Shown piece by piece: positions 1 through 10,768 of a stretch of 64,000 nucleotides of DNA. The DNA is taken from the NCBI GenBank assembly GCA_937975685.1, contig CALJUG010000037.1:64963-128962 (forward strand), read 5' to 3'. The notes under the pieces were generated by a model. It saw only the letters and a program-made list of their open reading frames with translations. It ran no database searches and had not been told where the DNA came from. Source of the stretch: an uncultured bacterium (GTDB taxonomy: Bacteria > Planctomycetota > Planctomycetia > Pirellulales > PALSA-1355). Position numbers and translations under genes: made by a program. The number at the start of each line of letters is the position of its first letter. Within the stretch, counting starts at the first letter, position 1.

Positions 1-242
1 GATCTCGAGCATCTCTGGGCCGGGGCCAAACGCGTGACCTTCGAGCCCGAAACGCGCCCCGCCGCCGACGACGCCGGCCAACCGCAGGCCTAGCCGCGGT
101 TTGGGGTTGCGGGTTTCTCGATCGTGCTGGCAAACTGGGGCCCTTGGGCTCGGCTCACCGGATAGCGCGGCGACCGCCGCGGTGCCCTCGAATCGCGGGC
201 CCCTTCTCTCTTTCACACCGATGCGTAGGAACTGCCGGCGGT

Positions 243-2210
243 ATGAACATTCTGGCCGAATTGCAGGAGCGGTTTCGCGCGGCGCTTGCCGAACTGGTCG
301 ATGATCCGACCGAGTTGCTGGCGATGGTGCGCAAAAGCAGCGAGCCCAAGTTCGGCGACTACCAGGCTAACTTTGCCATGGCCCTGGGCAAGCGGCTCAA
401 ACGCCCGCCCCGCGATGTCGCGGCCGAGATCGTTCAGCGGCTGCAGATCGATGATTTGTGCGAACCGCCCGAAGTGGCCGGTCCCGGCTTTATCAACCTG
501 CGTCTAAAGACCGATTGGCTCGCGGCCGCAGCGACTCGGACGCTGGCGAGCCAGCGGCTCGGCGTGACACCGGCCAAGGAGCCTCGCACCTATGTCGTCG
601 ACTACTCCTCGCCCAACGTCGCCAAGCCGATGCACGTGGGCCATATCCGCTCGTCGGTGATCGGCGATTCGCTCAAGCGCACGCTGCGATTCCTGGGCCA
701 CAAGGTGATCGCCGACAACCACATCGGCGACTGGGGCACCCAGTTCGGCATGATCATCTACGGCTACAAACACTTTCTCGACGAGGCCGCTTATCGCCAG
801 AACGCAGTGGCCGAGCTGGGACGTCTGTACAAGTTCGTCAGCCGCCTGGTTAGCTATCGCGAGGCGGTGCGGTCGCTGCCCGAGATGCGCAACCGCCTGG
901 CCGAGCGCCGCGACGACGCGGCCCATCTGGCCTCGGTCGCCCAGGAGCGGTCCGACGACAAGGGTGCGGCCAAGGCAGCCCGCAAGGCCGAGGCGGGCGC
1001 AAAAGAACAAGCCGCGGCCCTGCAGAGCCTCGAAGCCGGGATCGCCGAGGTGGAAAGCGATCCGGTGCTCTCGAAAGCCGCCGCCGCCCATCCCGACATC
1101 GAGAAGCAGGTCCTCGAAGAAACGGCCAAGCTGCATCGCGGCGATGCCGAGAACGTATCCCTGTGGAAAGAGTTTCTGCCGGCCTGCCTGGAAGACATCC
1201 AGCGGATCTACCGCCGACTCGACGTTTCGTTCGACGTCACGCTGGGCGAAAGCTTTTACAACGACCGGCTGCCCGGGGTGGTCAATGCGCTCGTGCAGCG
1301 GGACATCGCCCGGGAAAGCGACGGGGCGATGTGCGTCTTTCTCGACGACCACAAGACGCCGCTGGTGATCCGCAAGCAGGACGGAGCGTTTCTCTACGGC
1401 ACCACCGATCTGGCCACCGTGCAGTACCGCATGGAAACCTGGCATCCCGACGCCATGCTGTACGTCGTCGATCATCGCCAGAGCTTGCACTTCGAGCAGT
1501 TCTTCGCCGCCGCGCGGCTGTGGGGCTACGACGACGTGGAGATGGTGCACGTCAGCTTCGGCACCGTGCTGGGCGAAGACGGCCGGCCGTTCAAGACGCG
1601 CTCGGGCGATACCGTGGGGCTCGAAGGCCTGCTCGACGAGGCAGTGCGCCGGGCCTACGAAGTAGTGAGCGAGAACGACGACAAGAAGCCCGGGGGCGCC
1701 GAGATTGAGCCCGAGCGGCGGCGGGAGATTGCCGAGGTGGTGGGCATCGGGGCACTCAAATACGCCGACCTGTCGGTCAATCGCACCAGCGACTACACGT
1801 TCAGCTACGACCGCATGCTGGCCCTGAACGGCAACACGGCCACGTACATGCAATACGCCTACGCGCGGGTGTTCGGCATCTTCGCCAAGGGCGACATCGA
1901 CGTCCAAGAGTTGCGTGCAAGCGGCGCCGCGATCGATTTGAGTCATCCGGCCGAACGGGCCTTGGCTGTTGGTTTGCTGCAATTCTTCGAAGCGCTCGAG
2001 GCGGCCGCCGCCGAATACCGCCCGAACCTGCTGACGACCTACTTGTTCGACGTGGCGGGCGCGTTTTCGATCTTCTTCGACCAGTGCCCGGTGCTGAAGG
2101 CCGAGACGGAGGAACTGCGCACCAGCCGGTTGCTGCTGTGCGACCTGACGGCGCGGACGCTCAAGCAGGGGTTGGATCTGCTGGGCATCAAGGTCGTCGA
2201 CAAGATGTAG
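243..2210 (+). CDS. argS: Arginine--tRNA ligase (class I ArgRS); carries a roughly 75-aa Ala/Lys/Glu-rich insertion
   Basis: The HVGH motif is in 'KPMHVGHIRSSVIGDSL', and the full-length layout matches ArgRS (N-terminal Add-1, catalytic core, DALR anticodon-binding end). The start was moved to the internal ATG at 243 (MNILAELQERF). The extra segment 'DDKGAAKAARKAEAGAKEQAAALQSLEAG...' is not found in typical ArgRS, which is about 580 aa. Confidence 0.9.
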   Translation: MNILAELQERFRAALAELVDDPTELLAMVRKSSEPKFGDYQANFAMALGKRLKRPPRDVAAEIVQRLQIDDLCEPPEVAGPGFINLRLKTDWLAAAATRTLASQRLGVTPAKEPRTYVVDYSSPNVAKPMHVGHIRSSVIGDSLKRTLRFLGHKVIADNHIGDWGTQFGMIIYGYKHFLDEAAYRQNAVAELGRLYKFVSRLVSYREAVRSLPEMRNRLAERRDDAAHLASVAQERSDDKGAAKAARKAEAGAKEQAAALQSLEAGIAEVESDPVLSKAAAAHPDIEKQVLEETAKLHRGDAENVSLWKEFLPACLEDIQRIYRRLDVSFDVTLGESFYNDRLPGVVNALVQRDIARESDGAMCVFLDDHKTPLVIRKQDGAFLYGTTDLATVQYRMETWHPDAMLYVVDHRQSLHFEQFFAAARLWGYDDVEMVHVSFGTVLGEDGRPFKTRSGDTVGLEGLLDEAVRRAYEVVSENDDKKPGGAEIEPERRREIAEVVGIGALKYADLSVNRTSDYTFSYDRMLALNGNTATYMQYAYARVFGIFAKGDIDVQELRASGAAIDLSHPAERALAVGLLQFFEALEAAAAEYRPNLLTTYLFDVAGAFSIFFDQCPVLKAETEELRTSRLLLCDLTARTLKQGLDLLGIKVVDKM

Positions 2211-2221
2211 CGCGGCGACGC

Positions 2222-3256
2222 CTATGCCTTGGCGAGCTGTTCGTAGCGGCCGAAGATCATGCGGCCGGCGCTGGTCTGCAGCACGCTGGTGACGGCGATC
2301 CGCACGTTCTGGTTGATGTGATCGCGCCCGCCTTCGACGACGATCATCGTGCCGTCGTCGAGATAGCCCACGCCCTGGCCGACCTCTTCGCCCTGCTTAA
2401 CGATCTTCACTTCCAGGTTTTCGCCGGGAAGCACGACCGGCTTCAGCGCGTTGGCCAGATCGTTGAGGTTGATCACCCCGACGCCGTGCAGCCGGGCCAC
2501 CTTGTTCAGGTTGTAGTCGTTGGTGACCACTTTGCCCTGCAGGTACTTGGCCAGCAACACCAGCTTCAAGTCAACGGGATGACCGGCCAGCTCGGGCAGC
2601 TCGCGATCGAAGATCTTGAAATCGACGTCGTGGTTGTTACTCAGCCGGTTGAGGATGTCGAGCCCGCGGCGGCCGCGGCTGCGGCGCAGCTTGTCGGAAC
2701 TGTCGGCGATGGCCTGCAGTTCGCCGATCACAAACCGCGGCATGATCAACTGGTTGTCGAGCACCTTGGTCTCGACCACGTCGGCGATGCGGCCGTCGAT
2801 CACGACGCTGGTATCCAAGACGTAGGGCTTAAGCCCCTTCACTTCCTTGACGAACTCGACGTAGGGAATAATGAAGCGAAAGTCGTCTTTCGTCTGCAGC
2901 AGCACGCTGATGCACGTGTAACACAGCACGGTGCCCAGCACGAGTTCGACGATCGGAATCACCGGGCTTCCTTCGGCCAGCACGGGGTTGAGGGCGAGCC
3001 GCAGCACGTAGGTGAGGAACAGGCCGACGATCAGGCCCAGATAGACCGCTGAAATCGTGTCGATTCGCTTCCGCGGCGTAAGCCGATCGAGGGCGATCAC
3101 CCCCGCGGCGAACACCAATAGCCCGCCAAAGGCCAACCAGGGGACGAACTCGTGCTCTGAGTAGACCGTCCCGGAGCGGATCAGTTGCACGCCGATGCCG
3201 ATCACGACGGCCAGGAACAAGACGCGTAGGACGAGTAGTCCCATGAAAAATGGCAC
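2222..3256 (-). CDS. Membrane-anchored PIN plus TRAM domain protein (YacL-like)
   Basis: About 4 hydrophobic N-terminal helices are followed by a PIN-like core ('YVLDTSVVIDGRI', 'VVTNDYNLNKVA') and a C-terminal TRAM-like beta segment ('VKIVKQGEEVGQGVGYLDDGTMIVVEGG'). The stop lies 12 bp from the argS stop (convergent). Confidence 0.7.
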   Translation of the reverse strand: MPFFMGLLVLRVLFLAVVIGIGVQLIRSGTVYSEHEFVPWLAFGGLLVFAAGVIALDRLTPRKRIDTISAVYLGLIVGLFLTYVLRLALNPVLAEGSPVIPIVELVLGTVLCYTCISVLLQTKDDFRFIIPYVEFVKEVKGLKPYVLDTSVVIDGRIADVVETKVLDNQLIMPRFVIGELQAIADSSDKLRRSRGRRGLDILNRLSNNHDVDFKIFDRELPELAGHPVDLKLVLLAKYLQGKVVTNDYNLNKVARLHGVGVINLNDLANALKPVVLPGENLEVKIVKQGEEVGQGVGYLDDGTMIVVEGGRDHINQNVRIAVTSVLQTSAGRMIFGRYEQLAKA

Positions 3257-3337
3257 TCGTGGGGGGTGTCAGGGCAGGCGAAGCCAGTACGTCTATTCTA
3301 GGTCTGGAATCGTCCGATTGCCAAGTAGCCGCTTCGG

Positions 3338-4456
3338 TCAGGGGCCCGAGCGGCCAAAACGCTGCTCGAAATCGCGCCAGGCGTAGCGGTCGGTCATGCC
3401 GGCCAGATAGTCTGCTACCGTACGCGTCAGGCCCGTGGTGGCCACTCGGTCGGCGAAGCGCGCGGGCAGCCATTCGGGATGGGCCACGTAGCCTTCGAAC
3501 AATTGGGCCAAGGCGGCCTGGGCGTTTTGCCGGTGCTGGAGCACTTCGGAATGGCGGTAGACACGCCTCCGCAGGAACGCTTCCAATTCCTGCTTCTGAT
3601 CCGCTAGCCGGGGGCTGGCGGCGATCAGGATGCCCGAGCGGCGGGCTGCTTCCGGGCTGTCGATCGCCTCATCGGCCAGCCGCGCGGAGGCCCGCTCGAG
3701 CAGGTCGCCGACCTGCCAATCAATCAGTTCGTGCAGCACGGCCCTGCGCAGCTCGATGCCCGCCAGCCCACCGTGCCGCCGGCGCACGCGTGCCGCGGCG
3801 CCCGACCACAGCGGCTGGGTCAGCAGCTCATCCAGCGAGAGCAATTCCAATTCGAGCGCGTCGTCGGCGTCGTGCGTGTCGTAGGTGATGCTGTCAGCCG
3901 CTTCGACGACCTGCACTTCCAAGAGCGGAGCCTCGCCCTGGTGATCGATGCGCGTGCCCTGCCCCGCCAGGACTTCGCGCGTCAGGTTGAGGCCGGGAAA
4001 CTGGTGGTACCGCGTTTCCAATTCGCGCACGATCCGCAGCGCCTGGGCATTGTGCGAGAAGCCTCCCTCGTCGCGCAGGGCGGCATCGAGCGTGTCTTCG
4101 CCGGCGTGCCCAAAGGGCGGATGGCCCAGGTCGTGCACCAGAGCCAAGGCCTCGATCAGGTCCTCGTTGAGCGCCAGGGCCCGGCCAATCGTGCGGGCGA
4201 CCGAGGCGACTTCGATCGTGTGCGTCAGCCGGGTGCGATGGTAGTCGCCCAACTCACCGGTAAACACTTGCGTCTTGCCGCTCAGCCGCCGATAGGCCGC
4301 GCTATAGGCGATGCGATCGCGGTCGCGCTGGAATGGGCTGCGGTACGGGTGCTCCGGCTCGGGGTGTTCGCGTCCGGCCGACTGCGCGCTGTGCATGGCG
4401 TAGGGAGCCAGCAGCTTCTGCTCGCGGACCGCGATGGATTCAATCGCTTGAGGCAT
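3338..4456 (-). CDS. dGTP triphosphohydrolase-like HD-domain phosphohydrolase
   Basis: The HD motif 'LVHDLGHPPFGHAGE' and the overall dGTPase-family layout are present. The start was moved to the internal ATG (MPQAIESIAV) because the upstream ORF extension is Arg-rich and not protein-like. Confidence 0.8.
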   Translation of the reverse strand: MPQAIESIAVREQKLLAPYAMHSAQSAGREHPEPEHPYRSPFQRDRDRIAYSAAYRRLSGKTQVFTGELGDYHRTRLTHTIEVASVARTIGRALALNEDLIEALALVHDLGHPPFGHAGEDTLDAALRDEGGFSHNAQALRIVRELETRYHQFPGLNLTREVLAGQGTRIDHQGEAPLLEVQVVEAADSITYDTHDADDALELELLSLDELLTQPLWSGAAARVRRRHGGLAGIELRRAVLHELIDWQVGDLLERASARLADEAIDSPEAARRSGILIAASPRLADQKQELEAFLRRRVYRHSEVLQHRQNAQAALAQLFEGYVAHPEWLPARFADRVATTGLTRTVADYLAGMTDRYAWRDFEQRFGRSGP

Positions 4457-4491
4457 GGATGGCGTCGAGACGTTTCGCTTTTTCGAGCGGC

Positions 4492-5082
4492 TCAATTGCC
4501 GTCGCCGGAGGAGCGGGCCTCGTCGAGCATTTCCCACAAGGCGTCGAGCGCCTGCGGAATTACGCGCAGATCGGCTAGCGCCGGCATGAAGTTGGTATCG
4601 CCCTGCCATCGCGGCACGATGTGCCAGTGCAGATGGCCGGGCAAGCCGGCGCCGGCCACGCGGCCCAGGTTCAACCCGACGTTAAAGCCCTCGGCTTTCA
4701 TCAACCGCTCGATCCGGGCGATGTAAGTCGTGATCAACTGCTGCAGCTCGAGGCTTTCGCCCTGGTCGAGCTCGTCGGGCCTTCCCTTATGCAGCCGCGG
4801 AGCCACGAGCAGGTGGCCATTGTTGTACGGGAAGCGGTTGAGCACCACCAGCGAATGCTCGGCCCGCTCGACCAGCAGGTTGCCGCGATCGTCGGAGTCG
4901 GCCACTGCGCGGCAGAGAAAGCACGACTCGTCGGCGCCGGGGAGCCAGTCGAGCTCGGCCGCAGGACGCTTTGGAGCCTGTCGGGCTTCCTCGTCCGCCG
5001 CGCCGCTGACGTAGGCCAGACGCCAGGGTGCCCAAAGCTGTTCGTGTCGGGCCAAGGCAGAACTCTCCGCGTGCAATCGCAT
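4492..5082 (-). CDS. HIT (histidine triad) family nucleotide hydrolase/transferase
   Basis: The histidine triad 'GHLHWHIVPRW' is at the C-terminus, with 'VVLNRFPYNNGHLLVAP' upstream. Confidence 0.75.
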   Translation of the reverse strand: MRLHAESSALARHEQLWAPWRLAYVSGAADEEARQAPKRPAAELDWLPGADESCFLCRAVADSDDRGNLLVERAEHSLVVLNRFPYNNGHLLVAPRLHKGRPDELDQGESLELQQLITTYIARIERLMKAEGFNVGLNLGRVAGAGLPGHLHWHIVPRWQGDTNFMPALADLRVIPQALDALWEMLDEARSSGDGN

Positions 5083-5155
5083 CTCGTGCGCGAACGCCGC
5101 GCACGTGCGCCCGAAGTCTATGCCGCGCTGTACGCGCCGACAAGATCAACCGCCG

Positions 5156-5869
<714 letters not shown>

Positions 5870-7207
5870 CTAGCTCACCTCCTCGTCGCCGAGATACGCC
5901 GCGATGACCTTCGGATCGGTGCGCACTTGTTCGGGCGTCCCTTCGGCGATCTTGGTGCCGTATTCCAGCACGGCGATGCGGTCGGAGATGCCCATCACGA
6001 CGCTCATGTGGTGCTCGATCAACAACACGGCCAGGCCGCGGTCGCGGATCTGCTCGATCAGCCCGTTGAGCTCGCTCGACTCGGCCGGGTTCATGCCGGC
6101 GGCCGGCTCGTCGAGCAGGATCACTTGCGGCTCGGTGGCCAGGGCCCGGGCGATCTCCAGCCGTCGCTGCTCGCCGTAGGCCAGGTTAGCAGCCAGGTGC
6201 TGCTCTCGATGGGCCAGGCCCACGAAGTCGAGCAGCTCGCGAGCCTTGGCGCGGGCTTCGCGCTCCTGGCGGCGGATGCCGGGCGTGCGGATGGCCATCC
6301 GCAGCACGCCGCCATGCAGCCGGCGGTCCATGGCCACGAGCACGTTTTCGAGCACGCTCATGTTTTGAAACAGGCGGATGTTCTGAAACGTGCGGGCGAC
6401 GCCGGCCAGGGAGATCACCTCAGGCGTGCGCCTGGCGCGATACCACACGGCCAGCGTGCCGGCAGCGCCGACGACCATGCCGCCCAACAAGGCCAGCCAG
6501 GCATTGCGGCGACGGGCGGCTGCCGCGCGGTCGAGCGACCTGTAACGATCGAGTGCCGACTGGCGATCCTCGGCCGAATCGAACGTCGCCAGATCGTCGG
6601 TATCGTCCTTGTTGCGAATGACAAACTCGCCGTCGCGCTCTTCGAGATAGGTCGTGGAGCGGATGGGGCCGGGCCGGGCCACGTCGATCAGTTGCCTGAG
6701 ACTCTCGCGCGTGCGCTCGGCCTCGTCGCGCGACGGAGCGTAGGCCAGCGTCTGGCGGCCATCGGCGGTGCGCACGGCCCACCGTCCGCCCCGCATCGGT
6801 TCCAGGGCCAGCGCCCCCTGCCAATAACCCCAAGCATCATGAATCGCGGCCCGATAGGAAAAGTCAGCGCCGGGACCGGCGTAGTTGCGCTTGATCGTGG
6901 CCCGCCACAGGGCGTCGACGTTCACGGCCAGCAAGGCCGCGGCCAGTCCCGTGGCCAGCCCGATGGCGACCGCCGCGGCCACGACTTTCCAGGTGAAGGC
7001 CCGCTCGAGTGCCCTGCCGCGAAAGCGGATTTGCCCGCTCGAGGGATCGTAGATGCCCGTGATGACGTTGAACACGGTCGTCTTGCCGGCGCCGTTGGGG
7101 CCGATGATCGAGTAGATCTCGCGCTCGCGCACGGCGCAGTCGACGTCCTCGACGGCGGTCAGCCCGCCGAATCGCACGGTCACTTTGTCGAGCTCGAGCA
7201 GCGACAT
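5870..7207 (-). CDS. livG: Branched-chain amino acid ABC transporter ATP-binding protein LivG, carrying a roughly 190-aa insertion with two hydrophobic helices
   Basis: Walker A 'GPNGAGKTTVFNVITG', Q-loop 'TFQNIRLF', signature 'LAYGEQRRLEIARAL', Walker B 'ILLDEP' and a C-terminal 'AYLG' are present. The protein is 445 aa against about 255 aa for canonical LivG. The insert lies between Walker A and the Q-loop and contains 'VVAAAVAIGLATGLAAALLAV' and 'WLALLGGMVVGAAGTLAVW'. Confidence 0.8.
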   Translation of the reverse strand: MSLLELDKVTVRFGGLTAVEDVDCAVREREIYSIIGPNGAGKTTVFNVITGIYDPSSGQIRFRGRALERAFTWKVVAAAVAIGLATGLAAALLAVNVDALWRATIKRNYAGPGADFSYRAAIHDAWGYWQGALALEPMRGGRWAVRTADGRQTLAYAPSRDEAERTRESLRQLIDVARPGPIRSTTYLEERDGEFVIRNKDDTDDLATFDSAEDRQSALDRYRSLDRAAAARRRNAWLALLGGMVVGAAGTLAVWYRARRTPEVISLAGVARTFQNIRLFQNMSVLENVLVAMDRRLHGGVLRMAIRTPGIRRQEREARAKARELLDFVGLAHREQHLAANLAYGEQRRLEIARALATEPQVILLDEPAAGMNPAESSELNGLIEQIRDRGLAVLLIEHHMSVVMGISDRIAVLEYGTKIAEGTPEQVRTDPKVIAAYLGDEEVS

Positions 7208-8320
7208 CTAAGCGGTCTCTTCGGTCAACGGTTGCGGCGTGTGCATTTCGGCCTCGATCTGCCGCGAAGGCAGCAAGCCCTCGGGGCGGAAACGCATCAT
7301 CAGGATCAACGCCAGGCCGAAGATCATCAATTTCCAGTTGCTGAACGTCAGGAAGCGGTTGTCTCCCGAGCTGATGCCGGATGCTTGAATGAAACCGTCG
7401 AGCACCGGCGCGACAACGTTGTCGAAACCGATCAGCAGCAACACGCCTAGCAGCGTGCCGCGCAGGCTCCCCAGCCCGCCGAGAATGATGCAGCACAGCA
7501 TGAGCACCGAGCGATTGAAGTCGAACGCGTCGGGCCCGGCCGTGCTGGCCAGCACCGTCGCATAGAGACAGCCTGCCATTCCCGCCAGTCCGCACCCCAG
7601 CGCAAAGGCCGAAAGCTTGACCCGCGAGGCGTTGATGCCCATGCAGGCGGCGGCCAATTCGTCTTCGCGAATCGCCATCCAGGCCCGGCCCAGCCGCGAG
7701 TCTTCGAGGTTGTGCAACAACCAGATCACGACCAACAGCAGGCCGAGCGCGAGGAAGTAGAACAGCCGGTAATCGAGGCTCCAATCGGGCGTGATGCCCA
7801 ATAGCCTTAGCGGAGGCTCGAGAAACGCAGGCAACTGCGGCGGCGGCACGGGATTGAGCCCGCGCGTGCCGGCGGTGATCTCCTCCAGGTTCCGAAGCGT
7901 GAACCGCGTGACCTCACCAAAGCCGAGGGTGACGATCGCCACGTAGTCGCCGCGCAGACGGAGCGTCGGGGCACCCAGCAAGATGCCGGCCAGTGCCGCC
8001 GCGCCCGTCGAGAGCACAAGCGCCGCCACGAAACCCACGCCGAACGGATAGGCCGGCACGGTGAGGATGCCGGTGACGTAGGCTCCGATGCCGAAGAAGG
8101 CGGCGATGCCCAGGTGGAGAATGCCGGTGTAGCCCACCACCACGTTGAGCCCGAGGGCCAGAATCGCGTAGATGAAAATGTAGGTGAGCTGGCCGCCGAT
8201 CGAGATGCCCGTCCAACGGAACAGCACCTCGTTGGGATAGACCAACAGCGGAAAGGCCACCAGCACGGCCAGGTACAGGGGCCAGGCAGGCATGCGATCC
8301 AACCAGCGAGGTGCGCTCAT
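7208..8320 (-). CDS. livM: Branched-chain amino acid ABC transporter permease LivM
   Basis: It is a polytopic permease. The start was trimmed to ATG (MSAPRWLDRMPAWPLY), which overlaps the livH stop in an ATGA arrangement. The longer upstream extension of the ORF is Arg/Gly-rich junk. Confidence 0.8.
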   Translation of the reverse strand: MSAPRWLDRMPAWPLYLAVLVAFPLLVYPNEVLFRWTGISIGGQLTYIFIYAILALGLNVVVGYTGILHLGIAAFFGIGAYVTGILTVPAYPFGVGFVAALVLSTGAAALAGILLGAPTLRLRGDYVAIVTLGFGEVTRFTLRNLEEITAGTRGLNPVPPPQLPAFLEPPLRLLGITPDWSLDYRLFYFLALGLLLVVIWLLHNLEDSRLGRAWMAIREDELAAACMGINASRVKLSAFALGCGLAGMAGCLYATVLASTAGPDAFDFNRSVLMLCCIILGGLGSLRGTLLGVLLLIGFDNVVAPVLDGFIQASGISSGDNRFLTFSNWKLMIFGLALILMMRFRPEGLLPSRQIEAEMHTPQPLTEETA

Positions 8321-9276
8321 ACCTTTTCCCTCGCGTGCGTGCCGAGCAATCCCGCCGGGCGGAAGACCAGGATGGCGATCAGGATCACGAATACCAGGGC
8401 GCTGGTCCACCGTTCGCCCACGTAGCCGGAGCCGAATGCCCGGGCCAGCCCGATCACCAGGCCGCCCAACACGGCACCGGGGATGTTGCCGATGCCGCCC
8501 AGCACGGCGGCAGTGAAGGCGTACAGGCCGTTGGTGAAGCCCATCTGGTAGCTGACCGTGTTGATATACAGCCCGTAGATCACCGCCGCGGCCCCGGCCA
8601 GCGCTCCGCCGATGGCGAACGTGACGCTGATCACGCGATCGGCGTTGATGCCCATCAGCTTCGCGGCCAGCGGGTCCTGGGCCGTGGCCCGCATGGCCTT
8701 GCCCAGGCGCGTGCCTTTGACGAACACCGAAAGCGCGATCATGATCGGCACGGTCACGGCGACGATCATCAGGTCCTTGTAGGTGAAGCTCAACGCGGCC
8801 TCGGAGCCGAGCAGATTCTCGCGCGAGACCAGGTCGGGGAAATGGCGATCGGCCGCCCCACCCCACAGCAGTCCCACGTTCATCAGCACGAACGACACGC
8901 CGATGGCCGAGACCAGCGGCGCGAGCTTCGGCGCATCGCGCAGCGGCTTGTACACGGCCAGATCGATGCCGACGTTGAGCGCCCCGCAAAAGATCGGCAC
9001 CACGACGAACAACAGCCCGATGCCGAGCCAGCGTTGCCAGAGAGCGGCTTCTTCGAGCCCCATGACACCGATCAGCGCCAGGGCCAGGAACGAGCCCAGC
9101 ATGAATACTTCACCGTGGGCGAAGTTGATCAGCTCGATGATCCCGTAGACCATCGTGTAGCCCAGGGCCACCAGGGCGAACAAGGCGCCGTTGGAGAGCC
9201 CGATCAGCGTGTATTGCAGGAACGTCTGCCAAGCGTCGGGAGCCTCGGCGGCGGCCAAAAGAACGGGAAACATCAC
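8317..9276 (-). CDS. livH: Branched-chain amino acid ABC transporter permease LivH
   Basis: A LivH-type permease, about 10 TM, with 'GYTMVYGIIELINFAHGEVFMLGSF'. Confidence 0.85.
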   Translation of the reverse strand: MMFPVLLAAAEAPDAWQTFLQYTLIGLSNGALFALVALGYTMVYGIIELINFAHGEVFMLGSFLALALIGVMGLEEAALWQRWLGIGLLFVVVPIFCGALNVGIDLAVYKPLRDAPKLAPLVSAIGVSFVLMNVGLLWGGAADRHFPDLVSRENLLGSEAALSFTYKDLMIVAVTVPIMIALSVFVKGTRLGKAMRATAQDPLAAKLMGINADRVISVTFAIGGALAGAAAVIYGLYINTVSYQMGFTNGLYAFTAAVLGGIGNIPGAVLGGLVIGLARAFGSGYVGERWTSALVFVILIAILVFRPAGLLGTHAREKV

Positions 9277-9332
9277 GGGCAGTTCATCCCTGCAAGCGGA
9301 CCAGCGGCGTGCGCCTCGCCAGCCGGCGTTCG

Positions 9333-10547
9333 TTACTGCCCGAGGAGTTTAACAAATTCGAACTGTCCGTTGCGAATGGTCAGCCCGCTGATCGTGGTCA
9401 GCGTGGAGTCGCCGTTTTCGTCGAACGACCAGGTGCCCAGGGCTCCCTGGTCGAAATCGCGGATACCGCGGGCCGCTTCCAGGATGGCCCGGCGGTCCTT
9501 CACGCCGGCTGTGCGGATGGCTTCCAGGGCCGCCTTGGCCGCCTCGTAGCCGTAAATGGCGTAGCCCTCGGGCTTCTTGCCGTGCTGCTTGATGTATTCG
9601 TCGCGGAAGCGCGCTCCGGCCCCGGTCCATTGCTCAGGAGGCAGTCCGCCGAAGGTGACGTAGACGCGGTCGTTGACGTTCTCGGCCCCGGCCGATTCGA
9701 TGAAGGCCTCTTCGTAGCAGGCGTCGGGCACCATCAGCTTGGCGTCCAGCCCCGCGGCAACCATGTCCTTGGCGATCTGGCCGCCTTTGCTCTGCGTGGT
9801 GCCGCCAAAGTAAACCAGATCGGGCTTGAGGCTCTTGATCGTGGCCATCAGCGGCTTGAATTCCTGGGCTTTGACGTCGATGCTCTCGTGGCCCAGCACC
9901 TCGATGCCCAGCTCGTGGCAGGCGTCGATGAACAGCGTGGCGATGCCCTTGCCGTACACCTCGTTGTCGTCGAGCACGTACACGCTCTTGAAGCCCAGCT
10001 CCTTGGCCCATTGGGCCCCCAGCGGGCCTTGCAGGTCGTCGGTCGGCACGAGCCGCACGTAGGTGATCTCGCCCGAGGGGCGATAGATGTCGGGCTCGCC
10101 GGGATCGCCCATGCCGGGCTTGGTGAGCCCGGGCCAGGTGTTCACGGGGCTGATCATCAGCAGGCCCGCCTTATTGAGGATGGGCATCGAGATCTTGGCC
10201 GCGCCCGAGTTGTAAGTGCCCAGGTAGACCATCACGTCGGGATCGCCCACGGCGCGGTTGGCGTTGGCCGTCTCGGCCTCGGCGGTCCACTGGCCCGCGC
10301 CCGCGGTGGCGTCGTCCCAGTCGAGAAACTCGATGTTGAACTTGCCTGCCTTGTAGCCGGCCTCGTCGAGGGCCATTTTCATGCCGCCGACGATCGTGTC
10401 GGTTTGGGCCTTGGCACTGCCGGTGCGAGGCAGGCTAGAGACGATCTTGATCGTGTTCGGGTCGCCGCCGGCCGAGCCCCCCCAGCCCACGATCGTGGTG
10501 ACGGCTAGCAGCGCGACGAGCAGCAGAGGCGGGATAAAGCGAGTCAT
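9333..10547 (-). CDS. livJ: Branched-chain amino acid ABC transporter periplasmic substrate-binding protein (LivJ/LivK family)
   Basis: A signal peptide/anchor ('MTRFIPPLLLVALLAVTTIVGW') is followed by a type-I periplasmic binding fold. It is the first gene of the livJHMGF cluster. The start was moved to the internal ATG. Confidence 0.8.
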   Translation of the reverse strand: MTRFIPPLLLVALLAVTTIVGWGGSAGGDPNTIKIVSSLPRTGSAKAQTDTIVGGMKMALDEAGYKAGKFNIEFLDWDDATAGAGQWTAEAETANANRAVGDPDVMVYLGTYNSGAAKISMPILNKAGLLMISPVNTWPGLTKPGMGDPGEPDIYRPSGEITYVRLVPTDDLQGPLGAQWAKELGFKSVYVLDDNEVYGKGIATLFIDACHELGIEVLGHESIDVKAQEFKPLMATIKSLKPDLVYFGGTTQSKGGQIAKDMVAAGLDAKLMVPDACYEEAFIESAGAENVNDRVYVTFGGLPPEQWTGAGARFRDEYIKQHGKKPEGYAIYGYEAAKAALEAIRTAGVKDRRAILEAARGIRDFDQGALGTWSFDENGDSTLTTISGLTIRNGQFEFVKLLGQ

Positions 10548-10768
10548 CGAGGGGATTTTAGCGCCCTGGAAAAGCAGCGTCAATTTCACCCGGCTCGGGG
10601 GCGAAAGACGGCGTCCCGTCGGAGGCGAACGATCTTGACGCGCGGGGCCGGCCTCCGCTACCGTTCGCCGCTCGATTCCGCGAACCGGCGCGCCGCTGTG
10701 CCGGGCCCGGGACTCTTGGCCCTCGGCAGACCATCCAGGCACCTCTCAAGCGAAAGCAGAGCACTCCT

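Noticed and set aside
504-1982. A 492-aa ORF antisense to argS. Similar long antisense ORFs occur at 5105..7450, 8311..9549, 12454..13731, 17042..20083, 41368..42453 and 54687..55913.
   Set aside because: These are typical high-GC antisense-frame artefacts. They are Arg/Gly/Ala/His-rich, have no motifs, and each fully overlaps a confidently identified gene on the other strand.
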